DNA of 35,006 bases. Origin: Balamuthia mandrillaris (lineage: Eukaryota). Of this stretch, positions 9,901 to 21,040 are shown piece by piece (position 1 is the first letter of the stretch; the number at the start of each line of letters is the position of its first letter). The DNA lies in NCBI GenBank assembly GCA_031835245.2, contig JAVKOQ020000065.1:186001-221006 (forward strand). The letters are read 5' to 3'. The notes beneath the pieces are model-generated. The model saw only the letters and a list, made by a program, of their open reading frames with translations. It did not search any database and was not told the origin of the DNA. Made by a program: the position numbers and the translations under genes.

Positions 9901-12900
9901 TTGCCCACCTGACTCCACAGCAACTGCTCGCCCATCCAGAGGACTGCATCTTTGCTGCAGTGAAAGGCGTGAATGTAACTCTCTTACAACTGGCTACTTC
10001 CATCACGAAGCTTCAGCTGGGACCGATCGCACACAAGGTATTGATGGCTCAAGCCTTGGATGCACCTCTCCAACAAATGCTGCCCTTCTTCAACACGTCA
10101 TTTGGCCCTGGTTTGTCGGCTTTCTTGGCCTCAACAGCAGCTTATGTGGGCCGCAACGAAATTAACAGTTGGTTGGCCGCCGAAGTTTTGGCGGAGGAGC
10201 ATGTCTGCCCTCCACCACAGCTAATTGTGCTCCCTCCCCCTCCTCCCTCGGACTCGTTAGTGTTGCCGGGAAGCTCTGTGGTAGGCCTGGTGGATTACGT
10301 GCTGGACACTCTTGTTGGAGTTAACGGCAGCTTTGGCATCAATAAGCTTGTGAATAGCTTGACCAACAACACGGGCAACTTGACGGCGATTAACATTCCT
10401 CCTCCACTCTCTGGCGTGACTTTTCCGTTACCTGTGTTGGGCGGCAGCATGACTATCGGCCTCACGGAGCTCTCCCTAAAGGGGCTCAACTCCTGGTCCA
10501 AGATGAATGCTCTGCTACCTGTTGGAAGCTATTCTCTGGGCTCCCAACTCGCATTGGACCATCTTGCGTTGGATGCTTCCTTCTTCTTTAAAGCATCTTT
10601 CGATGACGAAGGTGAAGCGGCTGGCCTTGTTGGTGCCAAGAACGGCACCCTTTCCGAGACAGGTCGGTTGGTGATCGTTCTGGATGGAAACCAGCTCAAC
10701 AATACTTTCGAGCTGGCTCTCAACAAGTCCATCGTGGACACGCTGCAAGTGTCGCAGTTGATGCTCAACCCAGCGGACTGCTTGGCTGCCACGGTCAACG
10801 ACTTCAACTTTACTTCCTTCCGGATGGACACGTTCATCTCCGCCCTTCAAATTTCTTTGCAAGACAACAAGCAACTCGAAGCCGCCCTACAACAAGCGCT
10901 CTCCGTCCTCAACTTTACTATCGGACCAACGCTCTCCTCGTTCCTGGCCGAGACCGCAGCTTTGGCCGCTCGAACTCAAGTCAACCAGTTGGCAGCGGCT
11001 GCTCTCTCCCACGACTACACTTGTCCTGCTGATGATGAGCCAGACTACTTTAATGATTGGGGATTCAACATGCAATCCACCGTCATCTCGTTCACCGTGG
11101 CCGCCGTTATACTGCTCGTTTTGTCAGCAGTGCTGGCCGTCATGGAAGTGATGATCCGCCGTTGGAAGAGAAAACAGGTCATGGAGAGCCTCAATGTCAA
11201 TAGCAACTACGAAGCGCACTCTCTCCATAATGCTATAGAGAACAGAGAATCTTCAGCAGACCCAAAGATGAACCCATTCGTGCGGATGTGGTCGACCTGC
11301 TTGGCATTGGACCTGCACGTACCGATATGGGCGAGATACCTAGTGCCTGTAGTTCTGGTCTTAACTTTGGCCCTCTTCATTTCTTCCAACACGTCCGCCG
11401 GCGCCAGCGTCTTCGCGGTGGTGCACCTGGGTGACCACAGCCTGGACCTGCCTCCTCTATTCGAGTTTAGTCTTGGCTCTTCTGTGACAGACATGTGGGC
11501 GGCAGGAGTGTACCCCCTCTCCCTGCTGATCGCCGTGTTCTCGGGAGCATGGCCCTACCTTAAACTGCTCATCATTCTGGTGTGCTGGCTGCTGCCGCTG
11601 CGCCTGTTGGCGACCCGAAGGAGAGAAATGTTGCTGATGGTGGTGGACGCTTTGGGCAAGTGGTCTCTGATTGACGCCTACGTTCTCACCCTCATGATGG
11701 TGGCCTTTTACATCGACGTGGATTTGCCTATCCCTCATCCGCCGGACGGCTCAAGTAGCAGCAGCAGTTCCTCAGCGCCAGAGTGGGACACATCCACAGC
11801 CACCATCGTGGTTAAGCCCGATTGGGGTTTTTACGCCTTCCTGCTGGCCACCATCATCTCTCTGGTGATCACCCACGTGGTGCTGGCCTTCCATCGCAGA
11901 GCCGCCAACTGGGAACGACGCAAGCAGCTGTTTGCCCTTGAAAAGAAGCAGCGCAGTGAAGCTGTAGGCAGCCACGCCTTCCGTCTGGGCAACGTTCTCT
12001 TGCGATGCACCATCGCAGGCAAAGTACTGGTGACAGCGCTGCTGCTGATCTCTTTGGTGATGATTACGGTGGGATCCTTCATCCCATCCTTCGAATTCCA
12101 ATTCCACGGACTTGCCGCCATCGCGCTGGAGCTATTGGGTTACAGTACAGAGCAGAGCTTCTCCGTGATTAGCCTTGGTACTGCCATTCCTAGCCACAGC
12201 GCCGATCCCAACGGGTTTGGCATCCGCATTATCCAAGCCACCTACTTCATTTTCGTTTTCGTGGTGCCGCTTCTCCACTTGATCACTTTGTTGACGCTGT
12301 GGTTGTTGCCCCTTCGCCCAGCCTACCAGCGCCGCATGTTCCTTGTATCGGAGGTGTTAAATGCCTGGTCCGCCCTGGAGGTCTTCGTCATCTCCATCAT
12401 TGCCGCTCTGCTGGAGATTGAGCAGTTTGCCGAGTTCATCGTTGGAGACAAATGCGAGCTCATCGACGCCATTACCAAACAGTACTTCCGTGGCTTCCTT
12501 CACGGAGAGCCAGCCACCTGCTTCTCGGTGGTGGCCACTTTGCGTTGGGGCTGCTGGCTCCTCTTCGCGGCATGCCTGCTCTACCTGGTTGCCGGCTTCC
12601 TGGTGATGCGCCTTTGCCACAAGATCATGGAAGAACGAGAGGACAAAGCCTACCGCGCCTCCCTTCACTCAAAACGTGCTTATAACCACGAGGGCTACTC
12701 TTCCTCTTCTTCCTCCTCTTCTCCTTCTGCTTGGTCGTTGTCCTCACAGGCGGATGGTCTAGGAGGAACCGGAGCAGAAGATGAGGCAGCAGCTGAGCAA
12801 ACGTTGGAACACACGAAAGCTATTTTGGACGAGATGAAGGACAGCCGCTGCGGACCTGCCATTCGTTACGTGTGCTTGATGCTGCGTTTGGTCAGAGAAG

Positions 12901-13028
12901 AGGATGATACCAGTTTCGCAAGGTCCTCTCTTCACGACCGCCCTCTTCATAATGATGATGAGGATGATTATTTGGATGACGAGGCTGCTGATAGTCTTAT
13001 TGGAGAAAAAGCACCTTTGTTACAGTAA
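6238..13028 (+). CDS. Giant membrane protein (~2,230 aa): BPI/LBP N-terminal (TULIP) domain + four ~270-aa Pro-linked repeats + TM + two PqiA/LetA-like membrane domains; exons 6238-6912 and 7005-13028
   Basis: Phase-0 intron 6913-7004 (GTAAG...(CT)n...CAAG) joins the 6238 and 6930 ORFs. The BPI-like motif CTTNLNIKDIHFSGGLAAKLLELFHDLIARVVSSQLNQVIC lies at ~7575-7700. PqiA-like motifs are SVTDMWAAGVYPLSLLIAVFSGAWPYLK...LGKWSLIDAYV and LNAWSALEVFVISI. The C-terminus is an acidic tail ending EKAPLLQ*. Confidence 0.85.
7815..11030 (+). repeat. Four intragenic protein repeats starting ~7815, 8628, 9432, 10251 (~268-273 aa each)
   Basis: Each follows a poly-Pro linker and shares SL.L...V..L.D......G.NG..G.N, TVGLT....GL..W...AL.P...Y.L, L.E.G..V..L, QL...P.DC and a terminal CP. 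Confidence 0.9.
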
Positions 13029-13055
13029 AAATACTTGTGTTATGATAAGCAAAGT

Positions 13056-13106
<51 letters not shown>

Positions 13107-13350
13107 ACTGGTAAGGAATGGGACAAACAATATGCAATAGTCCTTTCTTTGCCAGACTAAAATAACGGCACTCCGCAGCAACAATAGGAAAATGCAAACA
13201 AAAACGAAAAGTCTCAAAATCGCAAATAAGGCAACCGGCCAGGTCTCTCATGGCGCCACCCGTTTAAAAACAAAACCAGGAGGAACGAAAACACACAAGT
13301 TGCGGCAAGAACGAAAAAAGAAACAAGGAAAAGAAGAAGAAAGGGGTTCA

Positions 13351-16166
13351 ATGTTGGTGTTGATGATGATTCACAGGAGACTGCCAATGGCTGTCCTTTT
13401 GATGCGGTTATTGTGGGGAGCAGCTGTGTTTGTGCTGTTGGTGGAATATGGCAGTCTGGGACGACCTATATCGACCTCTTGTGCCAGTTGCAGCTATGAA
13501 CGCGCTCACGTTTTTCCGCCTCTGAATTCAGTTGGTGTTACAGTGGGAGATGCCAACGGAGATCGCTATCCTGATGTTATGGTATTTGTTGCCGGACAGT
13601 CCCCTTACCTTTGGATCAACAACCTTGAAGGAGGTTTTGAAACAACCCGTACGTTTTGAAGTTTCTACCATTCTTTGTTTCCTCGAACAAGATTGTTGCT
13701 GTCTTCCTATTTCCGGTTTACGAAGCTAACTGGTTCATCAAGCAATAAGGCCTATTAATGGCACTGCTTTGAGAGCACTTGTGAGAGACTTCAACAATGA
13801 CGGCTACCCGGACATCTTCAGCAACTTCCGTTCCACAATGCACTTTGGGGGGCCTGGTTTCACTTTCCCTTCTGAAAACAGCTTACGGCTTGAGGCGGCA
13901 CCCCCAACAACCAAAGTAGGTCATCTCGTCACCTACGACTTCGATGGAAACGGCTTTTTGGACATTCTGGCAACAGAGCTGACGAACGCTCCCAGTTTTA
14001 TCCTTCTCAACAAGAACGGTCGTGATTTTGAGATGGGAGCACAGTTGAACGCTGCTCCAGCGGGCTGCGAAACTCGGCATGCCAGCCTGGTATTGTTTGA
14101 GCCTATGAAACGTTTTCTGTTTCTTGTTTTTGTTTTTGTTTTTGTTTTTTTTGGTGAGAATGTGCTGACACACCTTTGGTTATCTGTCCTAGGGCGACTT
14201 GAATGGAGATGGGGTTGTAGATATTCTGTTCTCTCTTAGGCCTAAAACAGCAGTGGATGCAGGTCTTGCCTTGCCTACTATATTCTACGGAAGGAAGAAT
14301 CCGCTTCGTTTTGAAGAAGGTCCGAAGTTGGACGTTCCTGGCGAACATTGGGGATCAGTACGTCCTATTTCTCTTGTTGTTGTATATTCCTGGTACTAAA
14401 CTGCCTGGGCTTCAGGCATTATTGGACTACGACAAAGATGGCGATCTGGACATTGCTATAGCAAGCAGAGGCACTGCCATGTGCACGCTATGGACAAACC
14501 AAGGCTGTGGGAACTTTACCCGAACCGATGTGGTCCGTCTCCCTTCTTGTTTACATGATCAGCATTAACACCTTCTAACATGGTACCACTACAGGGAAAG
14601 TTTAAAGCATGGTCGGTAGAAGCGCAGGACATGAACGGGGATCAATGGCCAGATCTCATCTGGGGCAGCGACCGGTACGTTAAGAAATATATGTACTTCA
14701 ACCAAAAAGGGAGCTTCAGTGAGGCACATCGATTTGCCTTCGAACATGAAGCCGACGTAACCGAGACTCTGAAACATGGTCGTGCAATCGGAATCGGAGA
14801 CTTCAATGTGGATGGCTCACTCGACATTTTTTGGGCCAGTCACGGAGGCACAAATGATCCTTTAGCAGTGAACGAGCTCTGGTTGAGCTTGTGTGAGGGG
14901 TGCAGCCAAACGGTCGGTGAGAGCTTCAACGTAGATGAAGACATGGTGGCTTTTGCTGCAGTCGTTCCACAGAAGGTCCAACCTTGCAAACAGTTTGAGA
15001 GTTCGTCCTCAGCCTCTTCAGCTTCTGCTTCCGCCTCTTCATCCTCCTCTGCTGCTTCTTCATCTTCTTCTTCATCAATTGGCGACACAAGTGGGAGCTC
15101 TTCTGGTTCCGACAATGATGATCCAGAAGTTAGTGTTGTATTTTCATCACAACCAGACTTTACCTATGAATCGTGGATGCTGACTAACCAGGAGAAGAAC
15201 GACACTGGCCGTGATGGTGCTGCCGAGTCTAGCAGCTTTTTAGATTTCAGCGGCTCAACTCAGGATGACGGAGTAGTGGCTCTGGACTTTAAGTTTGTGG
15301 AGCTGATAGAGGTGACAAGCAGCGGGGAGCCAGCTGTGCCGGAACAAAAGATCAAAATGCCAGAGTCCGGTTACTCTTTCTTCACCTACAAATGCCACAA
15401 TTTGACGTGCATTGGCTTTATGCTGAAACAAGTCCCGGTGGGTCAATCCAAAGTAGACCTCTTTTGGGAGTACATTCTCTCCAAGGGGACGGCAGACATA
15501 CCATATGGAGCAAGAAAGCAGGAGCTGGATCCCAACAGTGTACGCTGGAGCATTAGTGTTGAGGGGTGGCCTTTCCTCAACTGTGATAACCGCTTGAGAG
15601 TGGTGACCACTCTGGAGAGTCACGAAGGGCTGCTTACACTTGGACAGGAAGGAGAGAAGATAGATGAAACGAAATATAGCACCACAAGAAAGCTGCAAGA
15701 TGGCAGAGCAAGTTTCATCCTGCGATCCAGCAATGAAGCAATCGTAGGGGAGGGCCAACTCGTTGCAGCAATCACTCGCTGGAACGCGGCAGAACAAAGT
15801 TTGTTCTTCGATCTTCCAGCTGGGTGTCCTTCTTCTTCTTCGTCTTCTTCTTTAGCCTCATCATCCTCCTCTACTGAGAATGAAGGAGAATCTCCTCCGA
15901 TCACCTCACTAAAAATCGTGTATGACCCAAGCATCCGGGTAGCACTTGGAGAGGACAGCGGTTCTAACAGCAAGAATGATGACGGTGATGAAAACAATCT
16001 CGGCGACTTGTTTGGTTCAGGCGAGACCACCATCGCTATCATTGCTTGTGTAGCAGCTGCTGTTGGAGTTATCTCAATCATTACAGTGACTGGAGTCATC
16101 ACATTATTCAAGCGGCGGAGGCGACAGCAAACTCTTCACCAGAAACTTGCTTCTCCATTTCTATAA
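13351..16166 (+). CDS. Type-I membrane protein with FG-GAP/VCBS (integrin-alpha-like) repeats; exons ~13351-13648, 13743-14089, 14193-14357, 14416-~14532, 14595-16166
   Basis: Signal-like N-terminus and seven DxD/NxDGxxD Ca-binding motifs (GDANGDRYPD, DFNNDGYPD, DFDGNGFLD, GDLNGDGVVD, DYDKDGDLD, DMNGDQWPD, GDFNVDGSLD), joined by phase-compatible GT-AG introns. A Ser-rich linker, a beta-sandwich-like region (SVRWSISVEGWPF), a TM helix and a KRRRR stop-transfer follow. Confidence 0.85.
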
Positions 16167-16203
16167 ATAGTTTTCTTCTTTTGTTGTAAGCGCATCTGTG
16201 TGT

Positions 16204-16534
16204 GGGGAGAGAGGAAGAGGAGCGGAGGAGAGAGGAGGGAGGGGAGGGAGGAGGAGGAGAGGAGGAGGAGGGAGGGGAGGGAGGGAGGGAGGGAGGGAGG
16301 GAGGGAGGGAGAGGGAGGGAGGGAGGAGGAGGGGAGAGGGGAGGAGGAGAGGAGAGAGAGGGGAGGAGGGAGGGAGGGAGGAGGGAGGGAGGGAGGGAGG
16401 GAGGGGAGGAGGGAGGGGGAGGGAGGGAGGGAGGGAGGGGGGAGGAGGAGGGGAGGAGGGAGGGAGGGAGGGAGGAGGGAGGGAGGGAGGGAGGGAGGGA
16501 GGGAGGGAGGGAGGGAGGGGAGAGAGAGAGAGAG
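16204..16534. repeat. ~330-bp polypurine (GGGA/GGA)n tract between convergent genes
   Basis: Almost exclusively G/A on the + strand (one C at 16223); many GGGA units. Confidence 0.95.
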
Positions 16535-16570
16535 CATGCATGTCGCTGCGTGGAAACGCCAGGATTGAGT

Positions 16571-18175
16571 TTATCCAAACATTTTGCTGTAAACCTTGCT
16601 CTGCTTTTCCTTCCATTGTTGCTGCAGCTTTGTTACTCTGGAAGTACATATCCTAATGAGACAAGATGAATGAAAGGATAAAAGAAAGAGAAGGCGTTGT
16701 ACCGTTGAAGCTCTTGATGCACAGCTTTGTTTTGCGGTTCAAGTTTTGCTGCTTCGGCCAAATCTTTCTTGGCTTCCGTCCATTCTTTCAAGCCACAGCG
16801 GGCTTGGCCCCGACGATACAATCCCTTTACATTTTGTGGGTCGATAGCAAGTGCATTCGTACAATCTGCTACTACGGCCGCGTAGTGTTTCAGCTGCAGG
16901 TTGCAGGCTGCCTTGTTTAAGTAACAAGAAAGGGTACTTTCATTAAGACCTGTTCTTTCTTCTTCCGTTGCAACACCTGTTCTTCCTTCAGTGAGGTAAC
17001 GCAGGGCCTATTAAGCAACCAAGCTTACATAAGAAGGGAGAACACAAGAACTGGGGAGAGGCAGAGGGAGAGAAGAAGAAAGACAACATGAAGCGGAGGG
17101 CTGACCTTGTCATATTTCTTGACGGCATTTTGGTAGTCTTTTTCTTTGAAATAGTTGTTACCAATGCTGCGAACAGCATTAGCAACTTCAAGCATGCTGC
17201 CAGGAGTCTTTTCTCCTTCATAATCCTCTAAAGATGATGGTAGTAGGGGAGCAATAAATTAACCATCAAATGAAGTGTGAATACATAGGAGAGAACACAA
17301 ACCAGGCCAGTCAGCATAAGTGTCGCCGTCAGCAGGTGGGTGAATGCCGTCATCCTCTCCTTCAGCCAATTCGCCACAATTGGCGATGATACATTCCTGC
17401 TTGGGCCTGTCGTTCGCGCCAGTGGGAGTATGCTCCAGCTGTCGTACCACGTTCATGCCTTTGATGACTTCTCCGAAGACGACGTGCTTGCCATCAAGGT
17501 GAGGTGTAGGTACCGTAGTGATGAAGAACTGGGAACCGTTTGTACCAGGACCAGCGTTGGCCATGCTTAACAATCTGTTGACAAGGAGGATGAGCAGAGC
17601 AAGAGAGAAGAGAGAGAGAAGAGAGAAGAGAGAAGAGAGAGAAGGGGATTTTACCCAGCATGCTCATGCTTGTGGTTAAAGTTCTCGTCCTCGAACTTTT
17701 CCCCGTAAATGGACTCGCCTCCTGTACCTGTTCCGCTAGAAAAATCGCCTGCAATCAACCCATCGTCAATACAAATGTATAACACAACCACCCAACAGAA
17801 GTACAGCCGGAGGAACATAAGAAAACAGCAAGAGGAGGAGGAGGAGGAAGTGAGGTGCGTTACCCCCTTGAACCATGAAACCAGGGATTATGCGGTGAAA
17901 GACCGAGCCCTTGAAATGGAGAGGACAGCCAGTGGTTTGCCCCAAACCCTTTTCGCCAGTGCATAGAGCTCTAAAGTTCTCGCTGGTCTTTGGCGTGTCT
18001 TCATAGAGCTTGAAGACCACCCTACCCGCTGTTGTTTTTGGGGTGTGTGTTTGTTTGGATTAGACCAAGTTCATATGAGCGAGCGACTGATTTGGTTGCA
18101 AACAAAGGAAGAACGAGGAGGCCAACCTGGTTCTCCACCTATTTCTACGTCGAAGAAGCAACGAACTGGAGCCAT
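16571..18175 (-). CDS. PPID: Cyclophilin-40 (peptidyl-prolyl isomerase D, cyclophilin + TPR); exons 18175-18127, 18028-17864, 17748-17655, 17574-17303, 17227-17106, 17007-16703, 16637-16571
   Basis: The spliced product reads [25 protein letters not shown]...[12 protein letters not shown]...[15 protein letters not shown]...[14 protein letters not shown]...[34 protein letters not shown] repeats follow ([22 protein letters not shown]) and it ends YSKMFG*. All intron phases are compatible. Confidence 0.95.
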
Positions 18176-18382
18176 GGTTGCAACACGTACGTTATGCTTG
18201 TTTTAGTGGGTTGGCTTTTCTTGCTACGCGCCCCCCAGCTTGCTTGCTTGTGGCCTTTTGGCGGCGTAGTGCGGAGAACGAAAACCAGAAAAAAAAAAAA
18301 ATAAAATAAAATACCAAAAATAAAAAGACACGAAACAGAAACAGAAAGAGGAGGGGGAGGAGGAGGAGAAGGAGAAGCTTTC

Positions 18383-18976
18383 TTATATAGCAAAGACGTT
18401 GGTTATTTCAAGGCTGGACACACCTTTCTGTCTCTCTTCGGGGGGTGTGTCATAAACGCCGCCTGCTGCCTGTATGCCAAACTCACGAATCTGAGACAAG
18501 TCTAGGGGAGTGGGGTCCTCCAGCTCCTTCCCATGGATGTACGGCTTAAAGTCTGCGAGACTAACCTCCGCCACTTCGAAGCCCTCATCGTCCGAATCTC
18601 CGATAGTTTTCCGCACGTTAAAGAACGCATGGAAAGAGGTACCGCCATCCACCCGTGTTGCATCTTTAAGGACGAGGCTGTAGCGGGAGCACTCGCCCTG
18701 CGCTCGCAGTGTGAGCACCAGCGTGGTGACTGCCGAAAGGTTCCAAGTGACGCTCTTCCTCATGCTGGCAAAGCACGCTCCATCTGGTTGTGGGTTCAGC
18801 AGAGTGAAGAGGATGGCTCGTCGCAAGGAGGAGTCCCTGCGTGTTTGCACTTGCAGTGTGGCGAAGCTTCTACCAACCCCTCGCAGTGTGTCTGACACTT
18901 CGAACCATCCTTGCCCTGCTGCTGTTGACGCCGTAAAGTCCAACAAGTAGGTGCCGACGTGGTGATGCTGCATCAT
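18383..18976 (-). CDS. CIA30 (NDUFAF1-related) domain protein; 5' end uncertain
   Basis: Motifs LLDF, WFEVSDTLRGVGRS, LNPQPDGACFAS, ADFKPYIHGK, LDLSQIREFGIQAAGGVY and SLEI are typical of CIA30-family proteins. The first ATG is at 18976; the ORF's further upstream part runs into transposon sequence. Confidence 0.75.
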   Translation of the reverse strand: MMQHHHVGTYLLDFTASTAAGQGWFEVSDTLRGVGRSFATLQVQTRRDSSLRRAILFTLLNPQPDGACFASMRKSVTWNLSAVTTLVLTLRAQGECSRYSLVLKDATRVDGGTSFHAFFNVRKTIGDSDDEGFEVAEVSLADFKPYIHGKELEDPTPLDLSQIREFGIQAAGGVYDTPPEERQKGVSSLEITNVFAI

Positions 18977-19571
18977 CTTGCTTTCCTTCAAAAACAAACC
19001 AGGAAAAGCGGTGGCCACAAATAAATTATGCTGCAGAAGGTCGTCATGACGACCTGGTACAATTGCATTTTTGGTTGTTTTTTCACTTTTTTTCAACCAC
19101 CTGTTTTTTAACCAAGACACCTTGCAAGGAGGATGAAAAGAAGAGAGCTAAAAAGATTTTATTTTACAAAATAAAATGGACACAACTCTTCAAATACTTT
19201 GTGAAAAGGCCAGTTGAGAAATAGATTAATGGATAACAACTCAATGGACATAAGAAAAAGACCTTCAATATAAAGAGACAAGGATAGATATTGAGTGAAA
19301 ATGGGCATGATTAGGTGGTTAACGTCTGGCTGGATTGTTTTTGTGGAGAATAAAATCATTTCCTGGATTAGGCTATCCTCATATTGAAAATAACCCCCTG
19401 CAAGGAGGACTCCATCATTACCAAGAAAAAGATTAAAAACTGAAAGGATGTAGTTGGTTTTTGCTCCCAAAAAAAGGTGTTTATAGAAGAATATGAATAA
19501 AGTGGATTAAAGTTCTAAAAATATATATCCATTTTTTCTGAGGTTTGAAATGAAACAGACATTAAATATGT

Positions 19572-20827
19572 TTAGAAGCCCTCATACTGTTCATATCTGT
19601 GCTTTCTTGTATTTTCTAAATATCTTTTTTTTGCTTCTTTTCTTTTATTTTCTCTCTGAATTGTGTTTTCTTTTCTTTCTTGCAATTGAGCACAATAATA
19701 TCGGCACTCATCAAAAGCTAAAGGGTGGGCAGAAAGTAGATACTCATTGGTAAAAAGGATGAGAAGATCAATGTCAGCATCAAACTTGTTGTGGTCATAG
19801 AGATAGGGCTTGTGTAGAAAGGCCCAAAGCTTGTACATTTGTCCAAAAAAGCATTCTACAGGCACCTGAAGCTTTGCTAGCTCTCTGTTTTGAAAACATT
19901 CTGCTGCTGTCCTCACCTGAGATTGTTTTTTGATAGTTATTCTTCAAAAACCAGGAGTATCTTGAGCTGGGTCAACATAACCTTTGTCAAACAATGCACT
20001 CCAGCTTGTTTCAATTAATTACCATCAACATAGTGGATCATGGTAGTCTCTTGGGCATTTTGATAAGGTATGAGATGTAGGCCAAGTAGTGCTCTTTGAG
20101 AATGGAGTAGTCATGTCAGGCCCCAGGTGCTCTAGGAAAGGAGAACAGAGCAAAGTGAGGAGGAGAGGCCATCATCACAACTTCCTTCTTCAACGCATAG
20201 ATTCTGTTCTTTCCATTGAAGTAGTGTTTGCCTTCCTCAAACCAAGAGTTGTTTGGACAAAAGACTTCCACACTGGTAGAGTCAATGAGGAGGGCGATGT
20301 GAGTGTATTGGGAGAGAATTTCATCCTTGTCTATCAAAGGGATTGGTTGGTGACGATTCCCTTGCCACCATCTGTCCTCAAGCACCTCCAAAAGGATAGG
20401 CCGGATCCTGTTTATTGCAGCTTCCACAGTGGTTTGTTTTAGTTGAAAGCGTCCTGCCAGGTCATCAAAAGTGCAGGCCAGGTGATAGACAAGGAGGAAC
20501 AGCAACATATTCCACCCAAGTAAGTTTAGAAGCCCTTCCACGGTTTTGATGACACAACACATAGGGTTTGCTCTCCCTTGAAAGGTCCAAAACTACCCTC
20601 TCAGAGAGTGGCAAAAATATATCCCAAGAGTCGCTTTCCATTATGGCTCAGTAGACCCTTCCATCCTGAAAGAGGCGTTGGAACTCTTCTTCATCGTCAT
20701 CATCATCTGTTTCCTCTTCCATCTCTTGCTCTGCCCTTTCTGAGGTTTGAGCTATCTCTTGTTGCCATTGAACTGCAAGCTTCTCCAAATGACAAATATG
20801 AGTACATTGTCTTCTTCCAGCAGCCAT
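19572..20827 (-). pseudogene. DDE_Tnp_4 (Harbinger/ISL2EU-type) transposase pseudogene
   Basis: HTH-like segment DDLAGRFQLKQTTV and catalytic triad motifs LIDSTS, ALFDKGY and VECFFG, plus HYFNGKNRIYALK and HD. Broken by several stops and frameshifts. Confidence 0.85.
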
Positions 20828-21040
20828 GTTTATACACATGTGTTTTGTTTTTTTGCTTTGTTTGTTCACTTTGTTGGTTTGCTGCGGAAAAAGGGCATAA
20901 CAGTGCACAACTACAAAGCAGTTACATTTGCCATCAGAAGTATTACATTTCAGAATATTCAATTTGGCTCCATAGAACAAATCCATTACATTTGACGTCA
21001 TCATCCCAATAGGAGGATTAGGTTAGGGGTCTATGACTCA

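Noticed and set aside
16108..16669. Pro/Ser- and Gly/Arg/Glu-rich ORFs
   Set aside because: They are translations of the (GGGA)n tract with no coding signature.
18977..19120. N-terminal 48 aa of the 245-aa ORF as the real CIA30 start
   Set aside because: It begins at a GTG and its first ~27 codons lie in AT-rich transposon-end sequence.
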